A DNA stretch of 64,000 nucleotides from Tubulanus polymorphus. Lineage: Eukaryota > Animalia > Nemertea. Below, piece after piece: positions 24,533-36,398 of the stretch. The DNA lies in assembly GCF_964204645.1 (NCBI RefSeq), contig NC_134029.1, positions 20,702,950 to 20,766,949 of the forward strand. Reading direction: 5' to 3'. How positions within the stretch are numbered: position 1 is the stretch's first letter; each line of letters opens with the position of its first letter. The notes under the pieces were generated by a model that was given only the letters and a program-made list of their open reading frames with translations, was not told the origin of the DNA and did not search any database. A program made the translations under genes and the position numbers.

Positions 24533-24997
24533 AGCCTAGCGCACATCGACAAAGCGACTGGAGACAACTAGTTGCTAGTGAGCGAGTACCCCGCGCACAT
24601 CGAAAATTTAGTAAAAACCAGCAACTACGTGGCTCATGCCGGTCGCTAGGTCTATAGCGCACACATCGACAGCAACTGAGATGTGGTCTAGCAAATATTC
24701 TTGAGGGCATCACAAGTCACGTGACAAATAGCTTTGTTTTAGTCAGTTACAACCATGTGTTGTTGATTATGGAGCGCTCACATCGACGGATATGAGAGCA
24801 ACTGAGTACAACTAGTTGCTCAAAAGTAGGACATGAGCAACTGGGTGGAACTGGAGATCGATGGACGCTAACCAGTCGTAAGCTCGCTCACATCGACAAA
24901 TTCGAGCAACTGATTGTATCCAGCCAGTTGCTCTCATGCGCCGAAAACTGCCTGGCAACTAGTTGTCTCCAATCGCAGTGTCGATGTGCGCTAGGCT
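24533..24997. mobile_element. PIF/Harbinger-like MITE (465 bp)
   Basis: About 40-bp terminal inverted repeats (AGCCTAGCGCACATCGAC...GTCGATGTGCGCTAGGCT), a TTA target-site duplication on both sides (24530-32 and 24998-25000), and internal repeats of CACATCGA and CAACT. Confidence 0.85.
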
Positions 24998-25685
24998 TTA
25001 GTGTCCATGGAGCGAACTGAGTAGGCAATTACCGGCGCGAATCAGGGCGCAGGGCAATAACATCAGCTGTAAAGGACAATTTCCTACTAAATTTTTGCTT
25101 GCAAACAGGCATTTTATGGGGCATTCAGTGGTCTAAATTGACATTTTCAATAATGATTATTAGAAATGATCGATATTCTACTCGAAAAAGGCATTTTTCT
25201 TCTTCGACCGAAACAGTTTTTTGAACGTAGAAAAAAATGTTCAGAAATGCAACCCGACCTACTTACGTACACTAAGCTTCTTCATGAAAGTAGACGTCGC
25301 CAGAATGCGATTATCAATCATTTTGGGGTATGTCAAACTTCATAGAAAAATGCGCTTGAAAAATTGAAAGAACATCGGATTTACTGTTTGTATTCACCCA
25401 ACTAACTGTGGTGTAGCATGAACTATAACAGCCCCGACTCCGGCATTTTGAAAATCACCAGATTTCAGAAGACAAAAAAATCAATAAGCTTTTAGCGAAT
25501 GATTTTTCTAAAAGCTAATGCATTTTAGATTAGACATTGAGCATTGTTCGTCATAATCTAACGGGAAATCCTTCATACGGTGTTTATTGAATTCGTATAG
25601 GTCGTAAAACGGATAACAGATGAGATGATGGTCGTTATCCAAAGCTGATGTTTTTTATGAACGTAGTAAAAATACAGCTGTCCTG

Positions 25686-25794
25686 GGCCCGGTTTTATAG
25701 ACTGGTATCAACTTTAACCCAGGGGTTAACTCAACCGAAAATGAATTGAGTTAGCCCCTTGATTAAAGTGAATACCAGTCTATAAAACCGGGCC
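25686..25794. mobile_element. Palindromic MITE (family 1, PIF/Harbinger-like)
   Basis: Near-perfect 109-bp hairpin GGCCCGGTTTTATAGACTGGTAT...ATACCAGTCTATAAAACCGGGCC flanked by CTG direct repeats. Homologous copies lie at 33070, 33213 and 56746. Confidence 0.85.
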
Positions 25795-27019
25795 CTGTTT
25801 TTTTCGCCGCATAGCTTCCGCGTTCCCGGTCACCATAACCTTAGAAATAGGTCACTTCGAATGAATGAATGAATGAATAAATGAATTTATTTGCAAAATA
25901 AATTGTTACAAAAAATATCGACACTATTCTTTAAGGATAGTTCATCACGCATCGATCGATAAAAGATTTTAAAATTCCGGCTTATCTATATCAATTTATC
26001 ATCCGGTTGATGGATGATAGTTAGATTTGACCTTATTTGGCAATTTCAACTAGACTATGTAATTAATAACTGGATATTCTTAGTTGGTGTTTGCTAACAG
26101 AATGATTCATTGCAGCGGAATTATAAAAGTGATTACATTTATAAATATGAAATTATTTCAACACAACCAGGATGGAAAATTATGTTTTTTGAAGCACGGG
26201 CAAACGCTATTTGTATGTCTAATATTCTAAAGTAGATTATTGCGTGTTATATTACTATCACGTCACAATCGACCTTGGATTTAGCATTCTTACGAATATC
26301 TCAAACCGCGAATTCCATATTTCGTAAAGTAACAGCAAACAATTGAATATCTTAGAGATGTTTTACGTCATTTCTCAAATCAGCTGCCAGTGACCATATC
26401 AGGGTTAATTGACCCCACATCACTTTTTTCACTCATTACACCGGTCTTCGCTTCGAGAAGTATATTATTGACTATAAATTGTCCCAGTTGCCCAGTGTAT
26501 TGGTAAAACAGTAACTCTTAGAGGCAGGTATCTTGAACATCACATAACTCACACCAATCAAAGACACTGAAATGAAAGATGGGTCCAGTTGAATTGTTCC
26601 TGAAGATTATTCGCGCGACTCGTTTAAGATACACGACTGCCTGTTTTATGATGCATTACTGAATTACTGCATTACTAATTTGCTGAACATCTGCGTTTTT
26701 CTATTCGAGAAATCCCAGACAGAATTTTATTCAACAGTTTTTAATCGCTCGGTTGCATGAAATATCCATTACAAATAAGGCAGCAGTCGCATATTTTTAT
26801 GAAGAACAAATGTTCGGGTTTTTGTTCCATTTTTTCATGACCAACGTCCGTGTAGAGCGAAAAATTAAGAATACAGAGAAAATGACAGTAAGAAACTGCT
26901 GTATTCTAGTTTTCTAGCAAAAAAGGAGAATGCAAACATCATTTTGGAACAGAAGTGAAGCTACTGGCAACCAATATGAGTTAGTTATAGGAGTCACGTT
27001 AAAAACTTCGTAAACAAGT

Positions 27020-27307
27020 GTTCGAAATCTACGATCATCTTATAGTCAGTTGCTTTTAACTCAGCCTAGAGCCAAACTTTTAGCTGCTGGTCAGAGAGCG
27101 TTCTTTACCATGCGCCATATCTTTGGAATAGGTTACCTACTCAGTTACGTTTTAGCACTTCTTTAGATAGTTTTAAATCTCACCTTTTTACGATCGCTTT
27201 TTTTTGTCCTTTGCTTGTATCTATGTCTACTTTTTATATGCTAGTTCTGTATCTTTGAATATTATTTGTAAGCCAAAGAGCATATTTTGATATGGATTTG
27301 GAAATAA

Positions 27308-27361
<54 letters not shown>

Positions 27362-27362
27362 T
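27020..27362 (+). mobile_element. L2-clade LINE 3' fragment with (ATT)n tail
   Basis: Translates to RNLRSSYSQLLLTQPRAKLLAAGQRAF / YHAPYLWNRLPTQLRFSTSLDSFKSHLFT with one frameshift, typical of an L2 ORF2 C-terminus. A 3'UTR and an ATT microsatellite tail follow. Confidence 0.75.
27308..27362. repeat. (ATT)n microsatellite
   Basis: About 18 consecutive ATT units, seen directly. Confidence 0.95.
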
Positions 27363-30241
27363 ATTTAATGGAACAGTAGTCCGCAGCACAAGACTGAGCT
27401 TATATTCTCATAAATATCCCTCAAGTGCAGAAATTGTATGAAAATGCACTGAAATTTTCCAGACCTTGTTTTGGCTTTGTACTCGTTCAGCGTGGAAAAT
27501 ACTTGCCATTTTTGAATGTCATGCCCTTCTCATTTCTTTGTGCCAAAGTCAGCCCCTGGATCCGCCCCTGTGCGGTCATATTTCCTATTCACTAATAGAC
27601 AAAAATATCCTCAAACATTTTACACAAAACATCCATGATGATAATGTTAAAGGTATAGTCTTATCAATTATATATTCAAAGGAAAAACTACTTGTACAAG
27701 CATTGGCTACAGAAGAGCATTGTTGCTACCCATTATCTATTTCTTATCTAGAAAAAAATATCGAGTAAAAAAATCGAACTTAAGAAGTCGACTCTCTAAT
27801 AATCAAAGTCGACATACCTATACTTAGAAAATAAATGCTAATCGGCATAAACCCTTTGCAAAATATACATACAGCAGCTTAACTGGAGAAAATATTGAAT
27901 ATATGATTACATTTTCGAAATGTTATACAGTAGAATCAAACAATAAACCAAATTTCGAAATTATCCGCTGTACCCCCATTCATTACATGGTTAGCTGGAA
28001 CGATGCAATACATTCAATGAAACACCCGCATATAGAAAGAAGGAAGTTATGATGCAACGATTAAAGTAGCTTTATCCGAATTGTTAGGATCATTAAATGG
28101 CTTAACGATGATTCAACATGTCATGACTTTTAGCAAGTGGGAAATCTCTTATGTACGATTGATTATCAAATCTCTTGTAATAACACCAACAACTTATAGA
28201 CCAAATTGATCGGAGTTGTGTACTCTACCGGGTGAAAAGGATAACAACAGGTTCTTACCATACTTCGCACTCAAGACTTAAACCTCATGGTGCTCAACAA
28301 AAGGAAATACGAAATATGGCGTGGCCAAACGTAAGGTAGATTTTGAAATAAAAGTTCTTTTGATAGATATAAGGTGTCGGATTTATTTGGTACATATTCA
28401 TTGCGTCTTGTGCGTTGGGCTAGAGCATTCACACGCAATCATTTGACTCGTGATGCTGAAATCTGGCTCAGGCCTAGTCCTACGATTTTGATCGGGCCCG
28501 GGTCAAAAACGCTCGTGTGACCGCAAGCTTCAGTAGATATAAATAAAGTCGCGTATGTGCGGATAGATAACTAAAAATCATTATTTAAATTCAAATGAGA
28601 ATGACCAGTTGTTATTTTTCTATTTTTTAAAGTTGAAAATATTTTTCAAACTGCGTCGATCGAATTGTATTATGCGTGGTTCATTACAATCTACCAGAAG
28701 ACAATATTACCAGATCAATTTCAAAGCACATTAAAAATATTCTTTTATTCTTTTTGTAGTGTCTGGTGTCTGACCTTGATTCGTCTTCGAAGCGAAAGTT
28801 GAATCCATTCGCGTAGGAACTCTTCACGCAAACGTTCAAGTAATTTCAACCGTTTAATGAAATCTGATTCTTTTTTTCGAAAGAACACGCAAAACTTTGA
28901 TAACTTAGAAATAATCCCTTATTCAAGTTTGATCAGCTGGTTAAAATCGATGAACTCGACTATAGCCAGCCCCGGCTAGCGACGACGTTGTATCGGAGAA
29001 GTTTTGCGTCTAATATATCAGCGATATAACTCGAAATCGATAAAGCAATTATCGCCCGAGTGTGAGGAAGATTACGATACAGTTGCGCTTTATTTCCGGT
29101 TTATAACCGATTTACAAGAATGGTTATGCAACGATGATTGAATACTGGCGAGTAGTACTAGCGATGTTTAGAAAATAAAAGTCGTATAATGAATCGTAAA
29201 ACGTCGAGCTCGTGGCATATAGCGATAGAAAAACGGATGGGTGGTGTGCAAATTTCCAATCGAAATTTCTCGTATTCGTTTGCGTTAGATCGCGCGGATT
29301 AATAATAATAAAGAGACGAAATACTGGACCCATTTCATTTCAGAATATACGCTCGTGAGACAGAACATACTCATTTGCGATTGAATGAAAATCGTATGAT
29401 CTTTATTGGATTAAAACCTCACGCAATATCGCCGAGGGTAATAAGAAACGTGTTGCGAATCGGGAAATAGAAAATAATTTGATCAGCAGAAAAACTGTGC
29501 ATTATTTGTCGGCTATCGCAGTTTCCCGTAAGTTGATGTGACAGCAAATAAAAAAAAAGTGCAGAAAAGTAACAACGTTAATAAGAGATCAAAAGCGACG
29601 GGGTGGCGATTTTTTTCTGCAAACTACCAATAATGATGTATTTTGATAGGTGTATTCGGTAGCAATACGCACGTTGATTCGACGGGAATGTAAACAGATA
29701 TCTCCAATTCATTTGAAATCTCTGGCCAAGCAAGAAACTGTCACGTTTACCTGTCATGTTACTGCTTGTCTTCCGGTGAATGTCCTCATTGAATACAACT
29801 ACCGGTATTTTTTTTCGCCGTTGGCAGATATATGCTGGCAAATTTTCAATGTCTAAAATGTTTTTTTCTAGATCGTTCACTGCAAAGCACCAGCAAACGA
29901 ATCCGATATCATCTGAGTAGCTATAAGTGCAATCAAAGATTTCTTTACCATAATTCATTATTCATCGCATTCTCATCTCGTGAAACAAACAAACAACAAT
30001 ATAGAAAACGTATCCAGAATAAGAACTAAGTCTAAGTCTAATTACCAAAACATGACGAAATTGTTTGCAAATAGGACATTATAGTATTGTGATATTCATC
30101 TGATTCTGTAAATCGTTAATCATTGAGAAATTACTCAACGTTCATTAGTTGTAGTACATCGGTCACTTTTATTTATCAACGCAGACAAATTGTCGGCTGG
30201 TATGTAATTGCATTCGTCACGTCCGGTCGATCATTCTCAAA

Positions 30242-31333
30242 ATGAACCTCACGACAAACTACAGTACCTTTCCGCCAACCCCGGATTCCCTGACTACTAG
30301 CTATCCGACTCACAGTCCGAGCGGAGCAAGATACCTTGAGTTTTTAAACTCGTACGCGGCCATATTTGTAGTGGTTCTCGGCGTGATAGGAAACTGTTTA
30401 AGTATCACTGTACTGTTAGCTGTGAAATCATTACGTACGACTAGTACCGGAATATTGTTGACAATATTGGCATTTGCCGACAACGGCGCGTTACTTATAG
30501 GATTGTTACCCGTTTGGATAAAAGCCGTGTTCAATGTTAGTTTATACGAAGTAAACGTCGTAGTTTGTAAATTTCGATATGTTTTCATGTATTTCAGTTT
30601 GCAATATTCATCCAGCGTACTGGTGTTAATCGCTATCGAACGATTTGTGTCGGTTTACAATCCTGCAAAAGCTAATGAGTGGTTTTCATTAAAAAGAACT
30701 GGAATTATTGCCGCGGGTCTTGGGATATTTTTGTTTCTCCTTAACAGCCACTGGTTTGCTACTATGGAAATTGAAACGACAACGGAGGCATCACGCTGTA
30801 GCGCTCCTGAAAGTTCCCAATACTTTGTCTATGAAGTCTGGGTGTGGATCGACCTTTTAATCTACGCGCTTATCCCGTGGGTTCTTCTAAGCGTGTGTAA
30901 TGTCGCGATTGTATTACGCGTCCGGAATCTGGGGCGGCGACTTACATTAAGACGCCTCAATTCCGGATCGTCTGCGAGTCGTCGCTCCAAACTCACGAGT
31001 ATGACGGCCATGTTGCTCGTTGTAAACACGTCGTTTTTAATAACGACGATGCCTTTCGCTATTTATGTACTTTGCCTCAGCGCTGAGTACTTGTCACTAG
31101 TTAAAGAACTTATCTACGAAAGTTTGTACCTTTTATCTTATATCAATAACGCTATCAATTTTTTTCTTTATGTCATAAGTGGGGTGAGATTTAGAGCGGC
31201 TATGATGAAACTTTTGCGAAGAGGTTTGTCATATTTCGCTCCCAATAGATCGAGTAGCACTACAACCAATGAAGTTTTGACTTCGGTAAATTCAAGACAA
31301 AGAAATAACTCAAAATGTACTACCCTAATATAA
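30242..31333 (+). CDS. Class A GPCR, subfamily B copy 2
   Basis: 363-aa ORF. TM1-TM3 are almost identical to 13157-14212; ECL2, ICL3, ECL3 and the C-tail are diverged. A probable 5'UTR acceptor (TTTATTTATCAACGCAG) lies at about 30184. Confidence 0.93.
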   Translation: MNLTTNYSTFPPTPDSLTTSYPTHSPSGARYLEFLNSYAAIFVVVLGVIGNCLSITVLLAVKSLRTTSTGILLTILAFADNGALLIGLLPVWIKAVFNVSLYEVNVVVCKFRYVFMYFSLQYSSSVLVLIAIERFVSVYNPAKANEWFSLKRTGIIAAGLGIFLFLLNSHWFATMEIETTTEASRCSAPESSQYFVYEVWVWIDLLIYALIPWVLLSVCNVAIVLRVRNLGRRLTLRRLNSGSSASRRSKLTSMTAMLLVVNTSFLITTMPFAIYVLCLSAEYLSLVKELIYESLYLLSYINNAINFFLYVISGVRFRAAMMKLLRRGLSYFAPNRSSSTTTNEVLTSVNSRQRNNSKCTTLI

Positions 31334-31624
31334 GATATTCAAAATATTCGCCGAAATTGTAAACCGACGACTATATTTCTGGTCCTTAACTCTGAAATAA
31401 ATTATCTAATTTGTAATGATTTTTCACGTGATATCCAATATCGCATATTATAATTCTTATAAACACAAGATGCATTACTGAATTTAGTTTAACATCAAAC
31501 AGTAATACAACCAGCTTTCTTATATATCCTAGATTCTTATAAAACAAAAGAATTATGTAGAGATTAGTTGTAAACGTGTTGGTTTTTGTTACTAAATTTT
31601 GTTGTCCCGATATACATATATAGA

Positions 31625-32045
31625 AAACCGTAGCACTGGTCTTCAGGGATCACTTTTTATTTCGGACTTGGCATTTTGTTTGTTTGCTGGTCAAGATATT
31701 CCCTGAGCTAATCTATTTATCATCAACAGTAATTGAATTTCGGCTGTTAGGTTAGAAAGAAGTCTGCTTTTTCTTCTCATCACGAATATAAATCTGACAG
31801 TAGCTGAGAGGATGATGATGCGCGGACTGCTAATTGAGCTTAGCGACTCGTGGAGTCTACGTCTATTGATGACCCACTGAGCCTTGCATCGCCGAATACA
31901 CGGCCGTTACAGGATGGGAAAATCATTCACAACACTTGGGCCTAGCCGATTGTCGTTCACCGATCCCGATGATGCACGGGCTGGGGGATAGTCAACCAGA
32001 CTGTGACCTCTTCGGCCGGCGCCGGCCAGCGGACCACAGACCCCA
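31625..32045. other. GC-rich, hairpin-dense non-coding island upstream of UBE2K (candidate structured RNA, class unknown)
   Basis: Multiple local stems, a 14-bp perfect palindrome GGCCGGCGCCGGCC and no ORF of 60 aa or more. See findings. Confidence 0.3.
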
Positions 32046-32434
32046 AGAAAAATTCATTATACACAATTACACGGTTTGTTAGATAGGACTTGTAGTGTAC
32101 AACAGAAAATAGACTTAACAGGTGGCTTAAGACTTTTCTTATCAGCTATTCGTGTGCTGGTTCATAAAAAAAGAGGGCTGGAACGAACTTTAAAGGAGTA
32201 CTCCGAATAAAGCAACTCTGGCACGCGAATATTTCGTGACTAACAAACATTCGGTTTTGTCTGCACTTCGTCCAACAAGTAGGAAGTGACAAGTCGATAG
32301 TACATGAATGTACAAGTACAAACTGAACCGATTTTACGATTGTTTACCTATCAACATTTGATGACAGGTGATATTTATCGTCGTGGGTGATTGTTCTTAA
32401 GTCAGTAGCTGTTTACTGGACCAATTTGGACGTC

Positions 32435-35315
32435 ATGGCGACGACACCAATTGCCGTGCAACGCATGAGACGAGAGTTGAGCGAGGTGGTGTCAAGTCAG
32501 GAGGTAAGAAGAAAACTTCTAAATTTTGCTCCTGTGGCGTGCCTCACAAGCATTACGCTTCAAATTAACCCAACACGCTCCTCTAAATGTCTTCATGGTT
32601 TTAGTCCAGTAGTGTAACAATCTTTGGTATCTGTATTCGGTGTATTGAAAAAAATGGAAAGAATGCTGCCGAAAAATTCAATCGCCAAGATGGAATATTG
32701 GTTTTCAAGATCTACCTCACTCAACTGCTTTACTATCCTGGGTCAATATCTGCTGTTGATATTTCAGATGATGGACTGTAACATAAAAATAGCTTTATTG
32801 GAAAATGAGGAAATCACTGAACTAAAAGGATTTATCGGAGGCCCACCGGACACTCCTTACGAGGGCGCAAAATTCGAACTTAGAATCGTCATACCAGATA
32901 CCTATCCATTTTATCCTCCAAAGGTAAAAAAATTCATCATATTGTAGACATTGTGAAAATGGATCGTTCATAGATAATTGCTGGCGCTTGTGCAAAATCT
33001 TCAGGACAATATTATATTTCTGACACCAATTCATCCTGATAATGACTCATCCCTACTCCAACCGCCCAGGACCCAGTTTTGTAGACCGGTATTACCTTTA
33101 ACACGGGGGCTAACTAAATTGAAAATGAATTAAGTTAGCCCCCGGGTTAAAGGTAATACCAGTCTACCATACCATGTCCGGGTTTTGTGAAGAAAGGGTA
33201 CATGAAATGCTCGGTCCGGTTTTATAGACTGGTATTACCTTTAACCCAGGGGCTAACTCAATTCATTTTCAATTAAGTTAGTCCCCGGGTTAAAGGTAAT
33301 ACCAGTCTGTAAAACCGGCCCCTGGAGTTAACGTACCTCGGAGAGCATTTTCGACCCTGTGAGATCTGAGGCAAGTGGATTGTACTGTACCAAATCATCC
33401 AGTCGCTTAGCGAATTATCAGGTTTACCATCAAATTACTAGATTTCGATGATTGGATTTTTTAAAGGTTCATATGTTTTGCTTCTATTTTTGGATGATCT
33501 TCTTTTGCAGATACATTTCGTCACGAAAATCTGGCACCCGAATATAAGTTCAGTTACCGGCGCCATATGCCTGGATATTCTCAAAGACCAGTGGTAATTG
33601 ATATCTTCATGTTCACAGAAATTCATTTGCGTTCCATACTGCAGGGTCCCTACAACTCCTTGATTCCTTAAAAACTCCTAAACGAAAAATGCTCGTAAAG
33701 GTGCTTGAAACTCCTTTAATCTGAGCACAATGCCTGAGACAATTTTGAGAAATAGGCAATTTGGAATTAACATTAGATTGCGCCAAATTGATAGAGTTGA
33801 AACAAGCATTCTTTATCCAATTAGAAACATACGGTAGTTTGATAGTGTAACAGATAAAAATATGCTTACAAAGCGACTGAATTGACGGTTTACCGAAATA
33901 AACAGTATAGATTCAGGAAATTGGGATATGAAAATGGTACGGATGCTTCCTTGAAATTTTCTCCTTTAAAACTCGAAAACTCCTTATATCCAAGAAAGAC
34001 TGATCTGTAGGGACCCTGTACAGGCTACTGAGAAACTCTTAGATAAAATTGATGTTAAAAGTCATGATTTCATTGATGAAAAATGGTCGAAAATATGATG
34101 TTTTTTGTAGGGCTGCTGCCATGACTTTACGCACCGTGCTCATATCATTACAAGCGCTACTCGCGGCTCCCGAACCGGACGATCCTCAGGATGCCGTCGT
34201 AGCAAAACAATACAAAGATAATTACCCTGCATTTGTACGAACAGCGAAACATTGGGCGCACGCTTACGCACAAGGTACCGTGACGTGCTGGACATGGGCA
34301 TACAATTTTTCAGTCATCAATCAAAAAAGAGGGCAAATGTTAATTCTTAGTTGATAATAACATTGCATTAGATATAAGTGGTCAAAAGCGCTTGGCATAC
34401 CTGACAAAGACTATTGTAGGCTATGAGATTGTTTTCTATTCTTTTTAGAGCTCCGAACAATATCAGAATACTCTCAAAATCAAAATTTCTAGTCCATTTT
34501 CAATCAAACTACTATTTTCGATGTCGAATTAATAAAAATCATAAAAATTGATTCTCTTGGTATGTTTCTACATAGTAATCTATGCACTTAACATAAGATT
34601 AGAAAATAGAAAATTACTCTCAGATATCAAATTACTCTCATTTTTGGCGAAAACTATAACAATTAGAGATATCAAGACGTAGTCTGGTCTGCATCAGTGA
34701 AACGGACCAAATATAGAAGCCCTGTTACATAAACATGTTGATGTATTGTTGGGTTGTAAAAAGTGAGCGAAATAGTTTTGACTTACTATTATTATTAATC
34801 ATTTTGTAGAGCTTTTTATACCGGGTAATTTCCTATCACGATCGAATATTTTCAGGCCCAACCGTTGATACCGAATTCGATGAGAAGATAAACACTATAA
34901 TAAGCATGGGATTTAAAGAGGTACTCAGTCAGTGATTCGTAATAAATTATACGGCATGTTTCCCGGGGTTCAGTTCCACAGTTGTGATTTAGATTTGACT
35001 CTGGAGTTAAAACATTGAAAATTAACTGATTTGAACTCAAAGTTAACTCCAACTCACAACTGTGAAACTGGGCCCAGTTTCTCATATCAAATGTGAGTTC
35101 CACAGTTTTTTCGGTTAAATTTGACTTTTGAGTTAAAACATTGAAAATTAACTGATTTTAACCCTAACTTACAACTGCGGAACCGAGCCCTGGACAAAAT
35201 TCGGTTTTTGATACATTTGTTTTTTTTTTCCACGTTACAGAACGATGCGCGCGTCGCGTTATCGTCGAACGAATGGATACTACAGAAAGCGACTGAATCG
35301 TTGATAAGAAAATGA
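32435..35315 (+). CDS. UBE2K: Ubiquitin-conjugating enzyme E2 K (E2-25K/HIP2)
   Basis: Exons 32435-32503, 32768-32923, 33511-33593, 34111-34274, 34856-34920 and 35241-35315, all GT-AG and in frame. UBC core: [48 protein letters not shown]-terminal UBA: [18 protein letters not shown]. Confidence 0.96.
33070..33321. mobile_element. Two adjacent family-1 palindromic MITEs in UBE2K intron 2
   Basis: Copies at about 33070-33166 and 33213-33321, homologous to 25686-25794. Confidence 0.85.
33642..34018. mobile_element. TIR MITE (CAGGGTCCCTACA...TGTAGGGACCCTG) in UBE2K intron 3
   Basis: 13-bp perfect terminal inverted repeats with subterminal AACTCC repeats. Confidence 0.75.
34965..35192. mobile_element. 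Tandem pair of palindromic MITEs (family 2) in UBE2K intron 5
   Basis: Two ~110-bp copies of AGTTCCACAGTT...GAGTTAAAACATTGAAAATTAACTGATTT...CAACTG(T/C)G(A/G)AAC, ending in GGCCCAG and GAGCCCTG. Confidence 0.75.
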
Positions 35316-36220
35316 TGACAGCTGCGATCTACGCGATCTAGGACATTGTTATTATCGGAATTACGTTTAACGATATATTGATCGAACACGTTTTGTACGC
35401 CGTACGGTGGGAGTCTTCAGTCGAACTGAACACCGACGACGAGACTTGCGTTATGAAGAAAACAAAAAAAAACATTGTTAAAATTAAACCTCATATCATA
35501 ATTATTGATGATATTTAGAGTCTATAGCCAGTGATATAGGGTGATGGGTGTTGACAGGAGCAAGTATTAGACAGGATGCATCTACGCGTGTGTTATCGGT
35601 TGATTAGTGACTGATTTTGAATCCTCGTTTATTCCTGAACAGCCGCTGCTTATAGCCTGTCGTGGCCTGCCAGCAAATATCGCTTACAGCCTTTGTTAAC
35701 GCCTTCGAATGAGAATTGTTATCATTGTATTGAAATTATATAGAACTTATGGTTGGTTACGTGTGAAAGCCCAACGCACACGACGCCGGGGAATCGTGGA
35801 AACGGAAACATTTTTCCAAGAAATTTGGTTTCGGAATCAACATTTCCGAGATCAACCATGTTTGCTTCTCTGTTGTATGCGTTGGGCTTTAAAGTCAAGG
35901 ATGAACATGAAAAATCGAAACTAATTGTTGAGGGTGCGTGTAATTAGTCGAACCAGTTTGAGAAGCAATGTCTCTTTTATTTAGTCGGTAGAGGACATTA
36001 AAATCTAAATTTGAAGTTTAAACATTTTTGTGAAACCCAGCCTTAGATTATGCAATGTGTTTGAACAGATAAGACATCATATTTAAAAAGCAGCTATCTT
36101 TATCTATGACGCGAATACGATTTTCGAATCAGATATCACAGGAATCGGCGTTTTACTCAAATATTGATATAGTGTCGACCTGTAGTAAGTATTCCTATAT
36201 CACAGCAACTATTGAAATTA

Positions 36221-36398
36221 CAGTAGACTCTGCCTATAGCGATAACGGTCTCAATTCATTCAAACCAGTAGAACGATAAAAAGATTTTATGTCCCTTCTG
36301 TTTGTCGATGTGAAAAAAAATCCGAAAATCTATATCGTTATATGTAACTTGTAACATTTTGCTGGTCTCGGCGTTACCACAATAGGCAGAGTCTACTG
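36221..36398. mobile_element. Tc1/mariner-type (Tigger/pogo-like) MITE
   Basis: TIRs CAGTAGACTCTGCCTAT / ATAGGCAGAGTCTACTG flanked by TA on both sides. Confidence 0.85.

Noticed and set aside
31660-31760. Telomerase RNA: minus-strand CTAACCTAAC template-like 10-mer followed by AGCAAACAAACAAAATGCCAAG, similar to the vertebrate pseudoknot 3' strand
   Set aside because: I could not build a convincing P2b/P3 pseudoknot or U-rich triplex strand and saw no CR4/5 or H/ACA domain. The template would give TTAGG (arthropod-type) repeats, whereas the genes look spiralian. Kept only as part of the unexplained island.
31636-31885. U3 snoRNA-like boxes on the plus strand (CTTCAGGGATCA, GAGGATGA, ATTGATGA, CTGA)
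   Set aside because: Spacing between the boxes does not fit U3, box B is poor, and there is no hairpin between box C and box D.
31985-32045. Y RNA-like Ro-binding stem (TGGTCCG/TTGACTA) on the minus strand
   Set aside because: No oligo-T terminator follows the stem, and a competing hairpin explains the same bases.
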